The notes beneath the pieces were generated by a model that saw only the letters and a program-made list of their open reading frames with translations, had not been told where the DNA came from and did not search any database. From Candidatus Marinacidobacterales bacterium (GTDB lineage: Bacteria > Acidobacteriota > Vicinamibacteria > Marinacidobacterales > SMYC01), in the NCBI GenBank assembly GCA_965224085.1, contig CBDCYI010000011.1, forward strand, positions 640,001 to 704,000: DNA of 64,000 bases, written 5' to 3'. Within the stretch, counting starts at the first letter, position 1. Each line of letters begins with the position of its first letter. Made by a program: the position numbers and the translations under genes. Below are positions 1 through 10,051 of this stretch, piece after piece.

Positions 1-419
1 GAGTCCCTCGAGCAACTCCACCGCGAACTGGAAGAGAGGAATCAGTCCGCGGCCTCTAGCCTCGAAGAGGGACTGGAGGAGACCCTGACGTTGCATCGTC
101 TCGGGGTGTACGGGGTGCTCGGTCACTCACTAAAGACGACGAACTGCATCGATTCCGTTAATGCGCTTGTCGAGGAACGTTGCTCGAAGGTCGATCACTG
201 GAAGACTTCGAACCAACGCCAACGCTGGCTCGCGACCGCGCTCGTAGACATCGAGCCGCGCCTTCGGAAGGTGATGGGTTATCGACACCTTCCAAAGCTA
301 CGCGAAGCGCTCAAGCGTGAACTGAAGATCGAGACCGCGAAAAAGATTACACCGAAAAAGAATGTTGCCTAAAACAATCGGGAGCCGTGAAGAGTTTCAC
401 CTAAGAATGGGCTTGACTC
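1..419 (+). mobile_element. IS256-family element, 3' part (transposase C-terminus ending at 372 plus probable right end)
   Basis: Frame open from the window edge: LEEGLEETLTLHRLGV...LKTTNCIDSVN...WKTSNQRQRWLATAL...LRKVMGYRHLPKL, typical of the IS256 C-terminus. An AT-rich end-like sequence follows at about 393-419. Confidence 0.8.
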
Positions 420-429
420 GGTTGAATTC

Positions 430-961
430 CTACTTCTCGTGGAAGCGGCTGTCGATGGGGACCATGATGTGAGCGTATGGTGTATCGGGCCACATGACCC
501 AAGGACCGCCATTGCGGTGATCCGTGGACATGTTCTTCAACAGGCTGTGGTCCGGCACCACGATCATCATGTGGGCGTGCAAGTTGGTGACCCAGTCCTC
601 AGGACCGGTGGGCGTGGTGGCGTAGGGGTCTTTGTTGCTGACAGGCGTGTCGCCGGCAAGCATGTAGGCGAACCCCATCTCCGTGTAGCTCGGCTCCGTC
701 TTGTTCACGTAGGCGTTCAAGAAGTTGAGCCACGGCTCGTTGACGCACCAGGGATCGACGCCCGGCGTGTCCGGCCGGTCGGGGAGGCAGGTCCACTCGT
801 TGCTGCCTTTGCGCAGCGTTTTCATGTTCCAGTCCTTGACGGTGGCATCGGCACTGATGGAATCGGGTCCCGCGCTCATCGCACTTTCGATGGCCTTGTC
901 CTTTTGTATCGTTAGAAAGGCCGACATAACGAGGGCACAGAAGCCCAAGAGTGACTTTCAT
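430..961 (-). CDS. Exported hypothetical protein with a 1-nt frameshift just after the start codon
   Basis: An AGGAGG RBS precedes ATG 961. Removing one A from ATGAAAG gives MKSLLGFCALVMSAFLTIQ..., in frame with ORF 430..948. Confidence 0.65.
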
Positions 962-1004
962 TGGTTTTTCCTCCTTTGAAACTCGATACTGAGACTAGCC
1001 CAAA

Positions 1005-1658
1005 TCAAGCCGCGCGCAACGTGCGCACGGCATCCTCGGTGCTCACGACGGCATTGGCGAGAAAGCCGAAGTTGGTGAGCGCCGCGGTGTAGCCATCGCC
1101 GAGCTCGGGATGCTTCGCGGCCGCGGTGGCGTCCTTGACGACGGAGACCTCGAAGCCTTGCTCCAAGAGCTCGCGCAGGTGGCTCTCGAGGCACAGATTG
1201 GCCGACATCCCGCAGAGCAGCACTTTGGAGATGCCGCGTTTGCGAAGTTGCAGCACGAGGTCATTGCTCTCGGGCCCGTACACCTTGTGCGGACTCACGA
1301 TGACGGTGTTGCCGTCGTCGATGTAGGGCTTGTACACCTCGAGCCAATCTGCGCCCGACCCCTCAAGGCCATCGACCGAAAGGGCCCCGACGCGATCGAA
1401 CATCTTGATCTCGTGCATCATCTTTTCGACGGTGCCGCCGAACTGCCAGCCGTGATCGGTCGGGTAGTAGTAGTGAGGCGAAACGAAGACCTCGCAGCCG
1501 GACTGCTTCGCCGCCTTCAAAAGCGCCTCGATGTGCTCGACCGTCCCGTTCTCCCGAACGCTCTCGCCGACGAGGCCCCACGTGACCCCCGAGGGACTGA
1601 GAAAATCGTTCTGCGGATCGGTGATGACGAGCGCGGTTGCCTTCCGATTCGTGTCCAT
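1005..1658 (-). CDS. Isochorismatase-family cysteine hydrolase
   Basis: ALVITDPQNDF, HKVYGP and GMSANLCLESH motifs (D-K-C triad); AGGAGG RBS before ATG 1658. Confidence 0.9.
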   Translation of the reverse strand: MDTNRKATALVITDPQNDFLSPSGVTWGLVGESVRENGTVEHIEALLKAAKQSGCEVFVSPHYYYPTDHGWQFGGTVEKMMHEIKMFDRVGALSVDGLEGSGADWLEVYKPYIDDGNTVIVSPHKVYGPESNDLVLQLRKRGISKVLLCGMSANLCLESHLRELLEQGFEVSVVKDATAAAKHPELGDGYTAALTNFGFLANAVVSTEDAVRTLRAA

Positions 1659-1808
1659 GACTCTCCTCCTTGGTTTGATTGACACTCTTGTGCTTTCGAC
1701 CATGGGGATACTGTGCCGGCAAGCATGTGCGATAGGGTCCGGATGACGTGCTAAATCGTCTCGATCCCGCGTGTTGAAACTCCACCCGTATTCGCATAGC
1801 ATGGCCGC

Positions 1809-2003
1809 ATGCTACTGGAGCGCCTCTTCGAGAATTTGGCACTGTCCGTCGAGCCCTTCGCCACCTGCCGGGTGGCTCCTGGTTGGAGGCTCCGCCTCCC
1901 ACTCCGTGACTGGGTGATTCTCCACTTCGTTTTGCAGGGCGAGGGCCGAACAACGCTGGCCTGTCACGCTCTTTCCGCGCTTCGTGTCATTCCGATGAGC
2001 TAA
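1809..2003 (+). pseudogene. N-terminal cupin fragment of an AraC-type regulator, divergent from the isochorismatase gene
   Basis: LSVEPFATCRVAPGWRLRLP..WVILHFVLQGEG, then similarity is lost; no HTH domain. Confidence 0.6.
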
Positions 2004-2041
2004 AATCGATGTCGAAGAGGAGTTACCCGGTAACACGGACT

Positions 2042-2278
2042 GTGAGTAAGACTTCGGCGTTTCCGTGGACTTAGGGCCAAAAACTCTGGGTTCATGTCTG
2101 AAGGCGGCAACTAATCGGGGTCGTCCTCCTCGGAGTCGCACTCGGGCTAATAGCACCTTTTGTCGACAAGTGGACGGATAGTCGGTTGTGGTTCTGGCTG
2201 GTTATGACGTTGACGTTTCTTCCGTTGTTTGTGATTACCCATGCCGTGGCCGACTATATTGTACGGAAGTTGTTCTAA
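2042..2278 (+). pseudogene. Small two-TM membrane protein with two in-frame stops
   Basis: Manual translation gives VSKTSAFPWT*GQKLWVHV*RRQLIGVVLLGVALGLIAPF...LWFWLVMTLTFLPLFVITHAV. Both stops (TAG, TGA) are one change from TGG. Confidence 0.4.
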
Positions 2279-2359
2279 CTGGGCCGCTCACCTCCTGACG
2301 TTATTTCGGCGCTACGAAATCGCGTTACTGATGTCTTTCCGAAGAGAGGCGTTCCCGCG

Positions 2360-2665
2360 ATGAGTGCTATGCGAGATCTCGTTAATCCGAGATGGATGTA
2401 CCTAAAAGCCGCGCTGCTGCTCGTAATATTGCTCTCCTGCTGTGTCCTGCTCTTGGTGGAGGCGCCAAGTTGGCGCGCCGCTCTGTTGCTTGCTCTCGTC
2501 GTCTGGGCATCCGCACGACTTTACTATTTCATGTTCTACGTGATCGAACGATACTTTGATCGGTCTTATCGCTTTTCCGGGATCGCTTCTGCGCTGTGGC
2601 ACCTCCTGAGTCGAAGTGCGAACCGGCCGGTAAAAGAGGCGGTGTCAAAAAGACCGGACAAGTAG
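2360..2665 (+). CDS. Small membrane protein of unknown function
   Basis: Two hydrophobic helices followed by ARLYYFMFYVIERYFD..YRFSGI. Confidence 0.65.
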   Translation: MSAMRDLVNPRWMYLKAALLLVILLSCCVLLLVEAPSWRAALLLALVVWASARLYYFMFYVIERYFDRSYRFSGIASALWHLLSRSANRPVKEAVSKRPDK

Positions 2666-3079
2666 TCGCGATTCAGGAGTGAGCGGCGTGCGTCTTGAGA
2701 GCAGCAGCGCCCCCACCCGCCGCTAAGGCGCGCAGGGTCAACCGTACTTCGCCCGCCGGTACGTCTGGCTATCAAAGCGCCCCGGGATGCAACCCACCTA
2801 GTCACGCCACCTCCGTATGCCTCCACATCAAGCCGCTTAATGGAAAGAGGTATCTCGTCCTTTCTAGGCTTCGAACCCGTGGCACGCGGCCCGCTGGCCG
2901 GTCCCGTCAGTACGTCGTGTGGTACCATCCCGCCTCGGCACTCGCGAGTCCCAGCATACGCGGTCCCATGAGGGAGGGCGGGATCATGCGCTTCGTACGG
3001 CGACACAAGGCTTTTTTCGCCTGTTGCTAACGTTGTCGTCGTTTCGCTGATTCGCCTGCTTCTCCGCGCCGCGCCCGCT

Positions 3080-3255
3080 ACCATCGCGATCTCTACCGCA
3101 ACCAGGGGCGGGGCTCGGGCAGCAGCTCGCGCGCATCCTGGAAGATCTGCCTGACCAACCTTTCGAGCACGTTGATGTGATGCCCTCGGGCGGGACCCAG
3201 GAGAACATCGACAGGCTTCTCGATGGGGAGGCGGACGTAGCCTTCGCTCGCCGAT
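3080..3255 (+). pseudogene. TAXI-family TRAP solute-binding protein, N-terminal remnant
   Basis: Manual translation: IAISTATRG...LGQQLARILEDL...VDVMPSGGTQENIDRLLDGEADVAFA. Confidence 0.55.
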
Positions 3256-3397
3256 CCCAATCTGGACGAGGGGACACGGCGTGAGCGGCTCGGGGCGCTC
3301 GAGAAGCGCATCTGGAGCTCGCTGGAGACAGGAGCGCTGGATTCGTCGCAGCATGCGATGTTCGCAGCTCTGCTGGAATGTGCGCAAGAGCTGCCAG

Positions 3398-3729
3398 TTG
3401 ACGCACGTTCGTCAACAGCTTGTCGATGGCCTGCTTCTTCCTGGGTGGGACGTACAAAGAGCATTGATGTCTTTCTCGAGAAGACGCCCGACGCGGTTCT
3501 CTTTGCTCACGCGGCCGAACAAGGACGCGTGTTTGCGACAAACGACGAGCCTTTGAGAGTGAGAGCCGACCAATGGCTCACGGAAGGCAAATCGTTCAAA
3601 GGACTCGTCACCTGGAAGCTCAAGCTTCATGACCGCTTGAGGGACGGCTGGTTTATCGAAAGGTTCGAGAGACTCGCTGACGAGGACGACGCCTTCTCCT
3701 ATCCCATCCGATACCTTACTAAAGACTAA
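3398..3729 (+). pseudogene. DUF5615 PIN-like protein, frameshifted and 5'-damaged
   Basis: HVRQQLVDGL...GWDVQRA in one frame joins IDVF.EKTPDAVLFAHAAEQGRVFATND in the next frame. Confidence 0.6.
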
Positions 3730-3820
3730 CACTCATGCGAAGGGCCTCTCAGAACCGGTGTGGATCCGTAAGCACCAGCTCACCGTACGCCGATCAGAGG
3801 CTCGTGATTGAATGTTGGCG

Positions 3821-4900
3821 CTATTGCGGGCCGCCGCCATGAACCGTGAACTTCTGGACGCGCCGGCCGGTGGACGCTTCCCCCACGTAGAGGTTGCCCT
3901 GCGAGTCGGCGCTCATACCGTGGGGACGCAGGAACTGGCCTAACTGCCGCCCGCCGCGACCGAACTCACCCACCACCTCCAGGTCTTCCCGCCGGAGCGT
4001 CCAGACCTTGTGATTCGTGCCGTCCGCCATGTAGAGCCACCGTTGGTCGGGATCGGGCGACAGTGCGAAGACGAAGGCGGACCCGGAGGCCAAGGTGGCA
4101 GGTGCGACGATCTTCTCCGCGACGAACGCGCCGCTGTGGTCGAAAACCTGGATGCGGTTCGCGCGGCGATCCGCGACGTAGATCCGTCCGTCTTTTGACC
4201 CGATGATGCCGTGGACGGTCGAGAACTGGCGCGGGGGAAGACCCTCCGGATCGCGGTTTTGGTAGTCGTACTCCTCGTCGTCATCCGGCGTCTCGCCATA
4301 GGCGCCCCAGTGACGGAGGTATTTGCCCGTCTCGCCTTCATAGACCACCACCCGGCGATTCCTGTAACCGTCCGTCCGCGATATAGGCCTCGTTCGTTTC
4401 AGGGTCCACCCAGATCCCTGCCGGTCCGCCCAGGAAGTCGGGGTCGTTGCTCCCGGCGTTCTTGTCGTACTCACCGATGGTCATCACGTGCTCGCCGTTC
4501 GGGTGAACTTCATGACCCGATGATGCCTGAAGGTACCCACCCAAACGTAGTCGTTGTGATCCACGAAAATCCCATGAGGGTTCCGGGGATAGTGGGACAT
4601 ATCCTCGGAGGGCTCTCCCCAAGCCTGCACGACCTCGCCCTGCGGGTCGAGCTCGATCACCACCGGCGCCGGTGCGCAGCATGTGCCTATTGGCGGCTCC
4701 TGAACAGCGGATGTCTCTTCGGGGGTCAACGTTTCTGGAAGGTGTGCGACCCAGACATGGTCCTTGGAATCCACGAAGACGGCAATCACGGAGCCGAGAA
4801 TCCAGTTGTTGGGCATCTCCCGGGGCCAGGTGGGGTCGACCTCGAACGTGGGTACCCCTCCATCCGTAGAGACGACGGGCGCCTCTCCGTCGCCTCCGGT
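3821..4900 (-). pseudogene. NHL-repeat beta-propeller (PAL-like) protein, multiply frameshifted
   Basis: FEVDPTWP.EMPNNWILG, NPHGIFVD, ADGYRNRRVVV, YVADRRANRIQVFD and PHGMSADSQGNLYVGE are spread over three frames. Confidence 0.8.
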
Positions 4901-5019
4901 GTGATGGAGGAATCGCCGGAGTTGCGTGCACTCCCTCGTTGAAGGGGTCGGGGCGATCTGACATGATAAGCGGCTGCGCGGGCTGTTGAGGTCTGGTCCG
5001 AACTCAGAGAATCAGCCAA

Positions 5020-5172
5020 GTGGAATCTGCATACAGTGTGTTTTTCAGCGGCATGGTCGGCGTTTTTGCCGGCATGGGGGCGCTTTACGTCACCATGAAG
5101 GTCAATGCTTTCGTAGCGGGCGTGGTCGCCCGGAAGCCGGCTAAGGCTGACAAAACTGAGAAGTCTGACTGA
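5020..5172 (+). CDS. OadG/GcdD-like small membrane subunit of the Na+-translocating decarboxylase (absent from the ORF track)
   Basis: Manual translation from GTG: MESAYSVFFSGMVGVFAGMGALYVTMKVNAFVAGVVARKPAKADKTEKSD*. Single TM with GM.VF motif; ends 2 nt before the beta subunit. Confidence 0.75.
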   Translation: MESAYSVFFSGMVGVFAGMGALYVTMKVNAFVAGVVARKPAKADKTEKSD

Positions 5173-5174
5173 CC

Positions 5175-6278
5175 GTGGCTTTTCTCGACCAGATCGGTTT
5201 TTCTTCCCTGACCCCCGGGATGGCGTTTACGGGCTTCATCGGGCTCGTGCTCATCTACCTGGCCATCCGCAAGCAATACGAGCCGCTTCTTTTGCTTCCG
5301 ATCGGCTTTGGTATCCTCGTCGCGAATCTTCCTCTCACGCATCTGATGGAACCTGGGGAGGGGCTTCTGTGGCGGTTTTATCACTACGGCATCGAGTGGG
5401 AGGTGATCCCGCCTCTGATCTTTCTTGGGCTTGGTGCCCACACGGATTTTGGGCCGCTTCTTTCGCAGCCTCGTCTCATCTTCCTGGGGGCTGCGGCGCA
5501 AGGCGGCGTGTACGTGACGTTTTTTGTCGCGCACGCGATGGGTTTCTCGTTGAAGGAAGCGGCCACGATCGGGATCATCGGCGGCGCGGATGGTCCCACG
5601 ACCATTTTTCTCGCGGCGCATATAGCGCCTCAGCTTCTCGGCGCCTGTGCCGTGGCCGCGTACTCTTACATGGCGCTCGTTCCCATCATTCAGCCGCCTA
5701 TCATGCGCGCTTTGACGACGGAGCACGAGCGAAAGATCCGGATGAAGAAGTCCCGCAAGGTGTCGCCGCTCGAAAAGCTTTTGTTTCCGATCGTCGCTAC
5801 CATCGTCATCGTGCTGCTCGTGCCCCAGTCGGCCGCGCTCATCTCCATGTTCATGTTAGGCAACCTCTTTCGCGAGTCCAAGGTTGTCGATCGACTGACG
5901 GACACGGTTCAGAACTCACTCATGAACATCGTGACCATCTTTCTAGGCATCAGCGTGGGCGCGACGATGAGCGCGGAGACGTTTTTGCGGCGCGATGTCA
6001 TGTTCATCTTTTTTCTCGGTTTATTCGCTTTCATGATCGGCACCGCCACGGGAATCCTTTTGGCGAAGCTCATGAATTTGTTCACCGAGGATAAAATCAA
6101 TCCGCTCGTGGGGGCCGCCGGGGTTTCGGCCGTCCCGATGGCCGCTCGCGTCGTGCACAAGGTGGGGGCCGAGGCGGACAAGAAGAATTACTTGTTGATG
6201 TTCGCTATGGGGCCCAATCTTGCCGGCGTGATCGGTACTGTGATCGCGGCGGGGATTTTTCTCACCCTTTTCAAGTAG
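5175..6278 (+). CDS. gcdB: Na+-translocating decarboxylase beta subunit
   Basis: YEPLLLLPIGFG, IGIIGGADGPT, AAYSYMALVPIIQPP, GVSAVPMAARV and AMGPN motifs. Confidence 0.95.
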   Translation: MAFLDQIGFSSLTPGMAFTGFIGLVLIYLAIRKQYEPLLLLPIGFGILVANLPLTHLMEPGEGLLWRFYHYGIEWEVIPPLIFLGLGAHTDFGPLLSQPRLIFLGAAAQGGVYVTFFVAHAMGFSLKEAATIGIIGGADGPTTIFLAAHIAPQLLGACAVAAYSYMALVPIIQPPIMRALTTEHERKIRMKKSRKVSPLEKLLFPIVATIVIVLLVPQSAALISMFMLGNLFRESKVVDRLTDTVQNSLMNIVTIFLGISVGATMSAETFLRRDVMFIFFLGLFAFMIGTATGILLAKLMNLFTEDKINPLVGAAGVSAVPMAARVVHKVGAEADKKNYLLMFAMGPNLAGVIGTVIAAGIFLTLFK

Positions 6279-6300
6279 CAGGTTCTTGGAGGTTTCAGTC

Positions 6301-6516
6301 ATGGCAGAAGAAGTTCGCGCACCTCTTTCCGGGATAGTGTTGTCCTTAGCGGCGGAGGTCGGCTCATCGGTGGAAGAAGACGACGAAGTATTGGTCCTCG
6401 AGGCTCTCAAGATGGAGACAGTCGTCTACGCACCTTGCGATGGTCGTTTGAAGGAATTCAGCGTCAAGGTGGGTGATCAGGTCGAAGAGGACGATGTGCT
6501 CGCCGTGATCGAGTAA
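6301..6516 (+). CDS. gcdC: Biotin carboxyl carrier subunit
   Basis: Biotinyl domain with LEALKME motif; GGAGG RBS. Confidence 0.9.
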   Translation: MAEEVRAPLSGIVLSLAAEVGSSVEEDDEVLVLEALKMETVVYAPCDGRLKEFSVKVGDQVEEDDVLAVIE

Positions 6517-6549
6517 CCGATTGCATCGGCAATTTTCAGTGGGGCGAAC

Positions 6550-7707
6550 ATGATTTTCGAGCTTAACGAAGAACAGAAACTGGTTCAGGACACGGCCAGG
6601 CAATTTGCGTTGGACGACATTGCGCCCACGCTCGAGGAAGAGGAAAAGAAGCAGGAATTTCGGACCGAGCGCGTCCGCAAGATGGGTGAGCTGGGCTTTT
6701 TCTCCTGCGCGCTCCCCGAGGAGCTCGGCGGAAGCGGGATGGGCTTCTTCGAGTCCGTTTTGATGGCCGAGCAGATCGCGAAGGTCTCCGCGTCGTGGCG
6801 TTTACCGTTCAACATGCAGAATCTAGGCCCCGCGGTAACCGTCACAAAGTTCGGCACTGAGGAGCAGAAGAAAAAGTACGTTCCCGGTTGGGTCGAGGGT
6901 ACACAGATCGGCTTTTTTGCCATGACGGAGCCCGATAGCGGCTCCGATGTGGCGAGCATGAAGACCGTAGCGCACGACCGGGGCGATCATTATGAGCTCC
7001 ACGGGACCAAGATCTGGGCATCCAACGCGGCGCAGGGCGACGCGGGGTTGCTCTATGTCTCGACGGATCCGGAGAAGAAGCACAAGGGCATGACGGCCTT
7101 CATCCTCGAGCCGAAACAACTCGAGAAATTCAGCGCCCGTAACATCGAGACGAAGCTCGGGCTCCATTGCGCACCGACCGGGGAGCTCGTCTTCAGCGGT
7201 ACGAAAATTCCCAAGGAAGCCGTTCTCGGTGAGCCCGGTCAGGGGTTCAAGATCTGTATGTGGCAGCTGAACAACACCCGTCTCGGCTGCGCGGCGGGGG
7301 CTCTGGGCGTGGCCGGAGGCGCTCTCGATTTGGCGATCAACTACGCCAACGAGCGTACTCAGTTCGGCAAGCCCATCTCGAAGCATCAGATGATCCAGGC
7401 TCAGATTGCAGAGATGACCGTCGAGCACGAAGCGGCGCGCCTTCTCGTCTACCGAGCCGCGTGGTTGAAGGACAACGGCAAACCCAATCAGTACGAAACG
7501 TCCATCGCCAAGTACCACGCTTCCGAGACCGCGGTGCATGCGGCCAACGAGTGCATGAAGATCTTCGGCTCGTACGGTTTCTCCTCGGAATATCCCGCTG
7601 AGCGCTTTTATCGCGACGCGAAGTCGCTGCAGATCGTGGAAGGGACGTCGAACGTGCAGAAGCTCATCATCTCCGGAATTGCCTGCGGGCACACGCCCAA
7701 TCGTTGA
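6550..7707 (+). CDS. Acyl-CoA dehydrogenase, probably non-decarboxylating glutaryl-CoA dehydrogenase
   Basis: FAMTEPDSGSD and ER.QFGKPI motifs; IVEG at the catalytic Glu (Val rather than Tyr); SWRLPFNM substrate region; located inside the gcd operon. Confidence 0.8.
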   Translation: MIFELNEEQKLVQDTARQFALDDIAPTLEEEEKKQEFRTERVRKMGELGFFSCALPEELGGSGMGFFESVLMAEQIAKVSASWRLPFNMQNLGPAVTVTKFGTEEQKKKYVPGWVEGTQIGFFAMTEPDSGSDVASMKTVAHDRGDHYELHGTKIWASNAAQGDAGLLYVSTDPEKKHKGMTAFILEPKQLEKFSARNIETKLGLHCAPTGELVFSGTKIPKEAVLGEPGQGFKICMWQLNNTRLGCAAGALGVAGGALDLAINYANERTQFGKPISKHQMIQAQIAEMTVEHEAARLLVYRAAWLKDNGKPNQYETSIAKYHASETAVHAANECMKIFGSYGFSSEYPAERFYRDAKSLQIVEGTSNVQKLIISGIACGHTPNR

Positions 7708-7714
7708 GGCTCGT

Positions 7715-9448
7715 ATGAAACCTTATTTCGAGAAAATGGACGGCTTCGGCAAGGAGCTGAAAGCGGGACGCGTCAAACGCGCGGCGAGAAGCGCTGAGGA
7801 ACTGCGCAAGGTCGAAGTCGCGATCGACGCCGAGAGTCAGAAGGTCCAGGAGGCTGGCTTTCCGACCGAGAAGATCAACAAGCGCGGCTTCATGACGGTC
7901 TGGCAGAGGCTCGAATATCTCGTCGACCCAGGGACCTGGCATCCGCTCCACACGCTCTATAACCCGCTCGATAATGTTGAGGGGACGACCAACGTCATCG
8001 ACGGTCTCGCGAAGATTTCGGGGCGCTGGGCTGTGGTGATTGGCTTCGACAACAAAGTCATGGCGGGGGCCTGGCTTCCCGGGCAGTCGGAGAATATTCT
8101 CCGCGTCACGGATTTAGCGAAGCGGCTCAACATCCCGCTCGTCTGGCTCGTGAACTGCAGCGGTGCGAAGCTGCCCGAGCAGGAGAAGTTCTACGCGAAC
8201 CGTCGCGGCGCGGGCACACCGTTTTTTCGTCACGCCGAGCTCCAGCAAGCGGGCGTCCCGGTGCTCGCGGGGATTTACGGCACCAACCCAGCCGGAGGCG
8301 GTTATCAAGGTATCAGCCCGACCATCTTGCTCGCGCATAAAGACGCGAACATCGCCGTGGGCGGTGTCGGGATCGTCTCGGGTATGGCGCCGAAAGGCGG
8401 GTTCGACGCGGAGATGCTCGAAGAGCTCATTGCCAAGACGCGCGAATTCACCGCTCGGCCTCCCGGCGATGTCGAAACGCATTACGAGCATACGGGCTTT
8501 TTCTCCCGCGTCTATGAAGAGGAGACCGGCGTTCTGGATGGCCTCAAGGAGTTCATGTTGGGCGTCCCGGCTTACGGGCCCGAGTTCTTTCAGGCGGCCG
8601 AGCCGGCCGAGCCCGAATTCTCCGGTGACGATCTCTATCACTTACTCCCGTTCAATCAGAAAGAGGTCTACGACTTCGACGAGGTCCTCGCCCGCCTCGT
8701 GGACGGCAGTGAAGGAATGGAGTTCCGTCCGGACTATGGCCCCGAGATGTATACGGGTCTTTGCAAGATAGACGGCAAGCTCATCGGCTGCATCGGCAAC
8801 CGGCAGGGCTATCTGGGGAAGGGATATCCGGAATACGCGGATTACCCGGGGATGGGGGGCAAGCTATACCGCCAAGGCCTCATCAAGATGAACGAGTTCG
8901 TCACCTTGTGCGGGCGCGATCGCGTTCCCGTCATCTGGTTCCAGGACACGTCGGGTATCGATGTCGGCGACGTCGCGGAGCGGGCTGAGCTTCTGGGTCT
9001 TGGGCAGTCGCTAATCTATTCCATTCAGCAAACCGATGTTCCGATGATGCTCGTCGTCTTGAGAAAAGGCACGGCCGCGTCGCATTACGTGCTCGGGGGA
9101 CCGACGGCCAATCGCCACAACGCCTTCACGTTGGGGACGGCCGCGACAGAGATCGAGGTGATGCACGGCGAGACAGCGGCCGTTGCCACTTACGCGCGCC
9201 GCGCGGTCAAAGAAAAAGACGCGAGCCGGCCTCTCGAGCCTGTGATCGAGAAGATGAACGAGCTCGTGAAGCGCTATTACGACACGTCACGTCCGGAATA
9301 TTGCGCGCGACATGGTTTCGTCGACGAAGTGGTGAAGCTCTCGGTCTTGCGCAGCTATCTGGCGGCGTTTGCGGGCGCGGCTTATCAGAATCCGAAATCG
9401 GTCTGCCCGCAGCACCAGATGGTTCTTCCCAGAATCATCAAGGGCTGA
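7715..9448 (+). CDS. gcdA: Glutaconyl-CoA decarboxylase alpha subunit (carboxyltransferase)
   Basis: MKPYFEKM N-terminus, NRRGAGTPFFR, GTNPAGGGY, AELLGLGQSLIYSI, VMHGETAA and C-terminal CPQHQMVLPR. Confidence 0.9.
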   Translation: MKPYFEKMDGFGKELKAGRVKRAARSAEELRKVEVAIDAESQKVQEAGFPTEKINKRGFMTVWQRLEYLVDPGTWHPLHTLYNPLDNVEGTTNVIDGLAKISGRWAVVIGFDNKVMAGAWLPGQSENILRVTDLAKRLNIPLVWLVNCSGAKLPEQEKFYANRRGAGTPFFRHAELQQAGVPVLAGIYGTNPAGGGYQGISPTILLAHKDANIAVGGVGIVSGMAPKGGFDAEMLEELIAKTREFTARPPGDVETHYEHTGFFSRVYEEETGVLDGLKEFMLGVPAYGPEFFQAAEPAEPEFSGDDLYHLLPFNQKEVYDFDEVLARLVDGSEGMEFRPDYGPEMYTGLCKIDGKLIGCIGNRQGYLGKGYPEYADYPGMGGKLYRQGLIKMNEFVTLCGRDRVPVIWFQDTSGIDVGDVAERAELLGLGQSLIYSIQQTDVPMMLVVLRKGTAASHYVLGGPTANRHNAFTLGTAATEIEVMHGETAAVATYARRAVKEKDASRPLEPVIEKMNELVKRYYDTSRPEYCARHGFVDEVVKLSVLRSYLAAFAGAAYQNPKSVCPQHQMVLPRIIKG

Positions 9449-10051
9449 GTGAAGACGCGAGAACCCGCAACGAAGACGCGTAGCCTAGTCGTGCGATTCG
9501 ACGACGAAACCGAAGAGGCTGTCGCTTCGCTTGCGTTCATCGGGAACGCACCGGCCGATATCCTCGAGAAGGGTATTCTGGCTGTGCAGACGGAGGTCGT
9601 GCAGGCGGCCACGCCGACCACGTAGTGTGCCAAAACTCGATCAACGCCGGATGCTGAGTGTTGGCAGGTCGTTGAAGCGTCCGGGAGCAAGCCTGCCGGA
9701 CTCGATGGGCGGCTAGAATCCGTGCCCATGCAAGCGTACCTCTGGCAGTTCTTCGTTATGGCCTTCGCCGGATGGTCAACCGGTTCCAACAGGACGTCGT
9801 CGTCCTCACTGCCGTTCGAGATCTGCTTGGTCCCTGCGCATCCGGCGAATGCGAAACATACGGAAACGATAAAAGCGCGTCGTATGGAAATCTCTCGAAA
9901 ACGGTGTGTTCTCGAAGAGAGACCCTACCACGCCGGCGGAGACGCTTTCCCCCACAACTCCGGGTGTGCTAGTTTCACCCTCGAAAGAACGGGCTCGTAC
10001 CTCGAAGCAAAAAGAGGCGTCTTCGCTCTTTCTCTAGGAGGACTCGGAATC

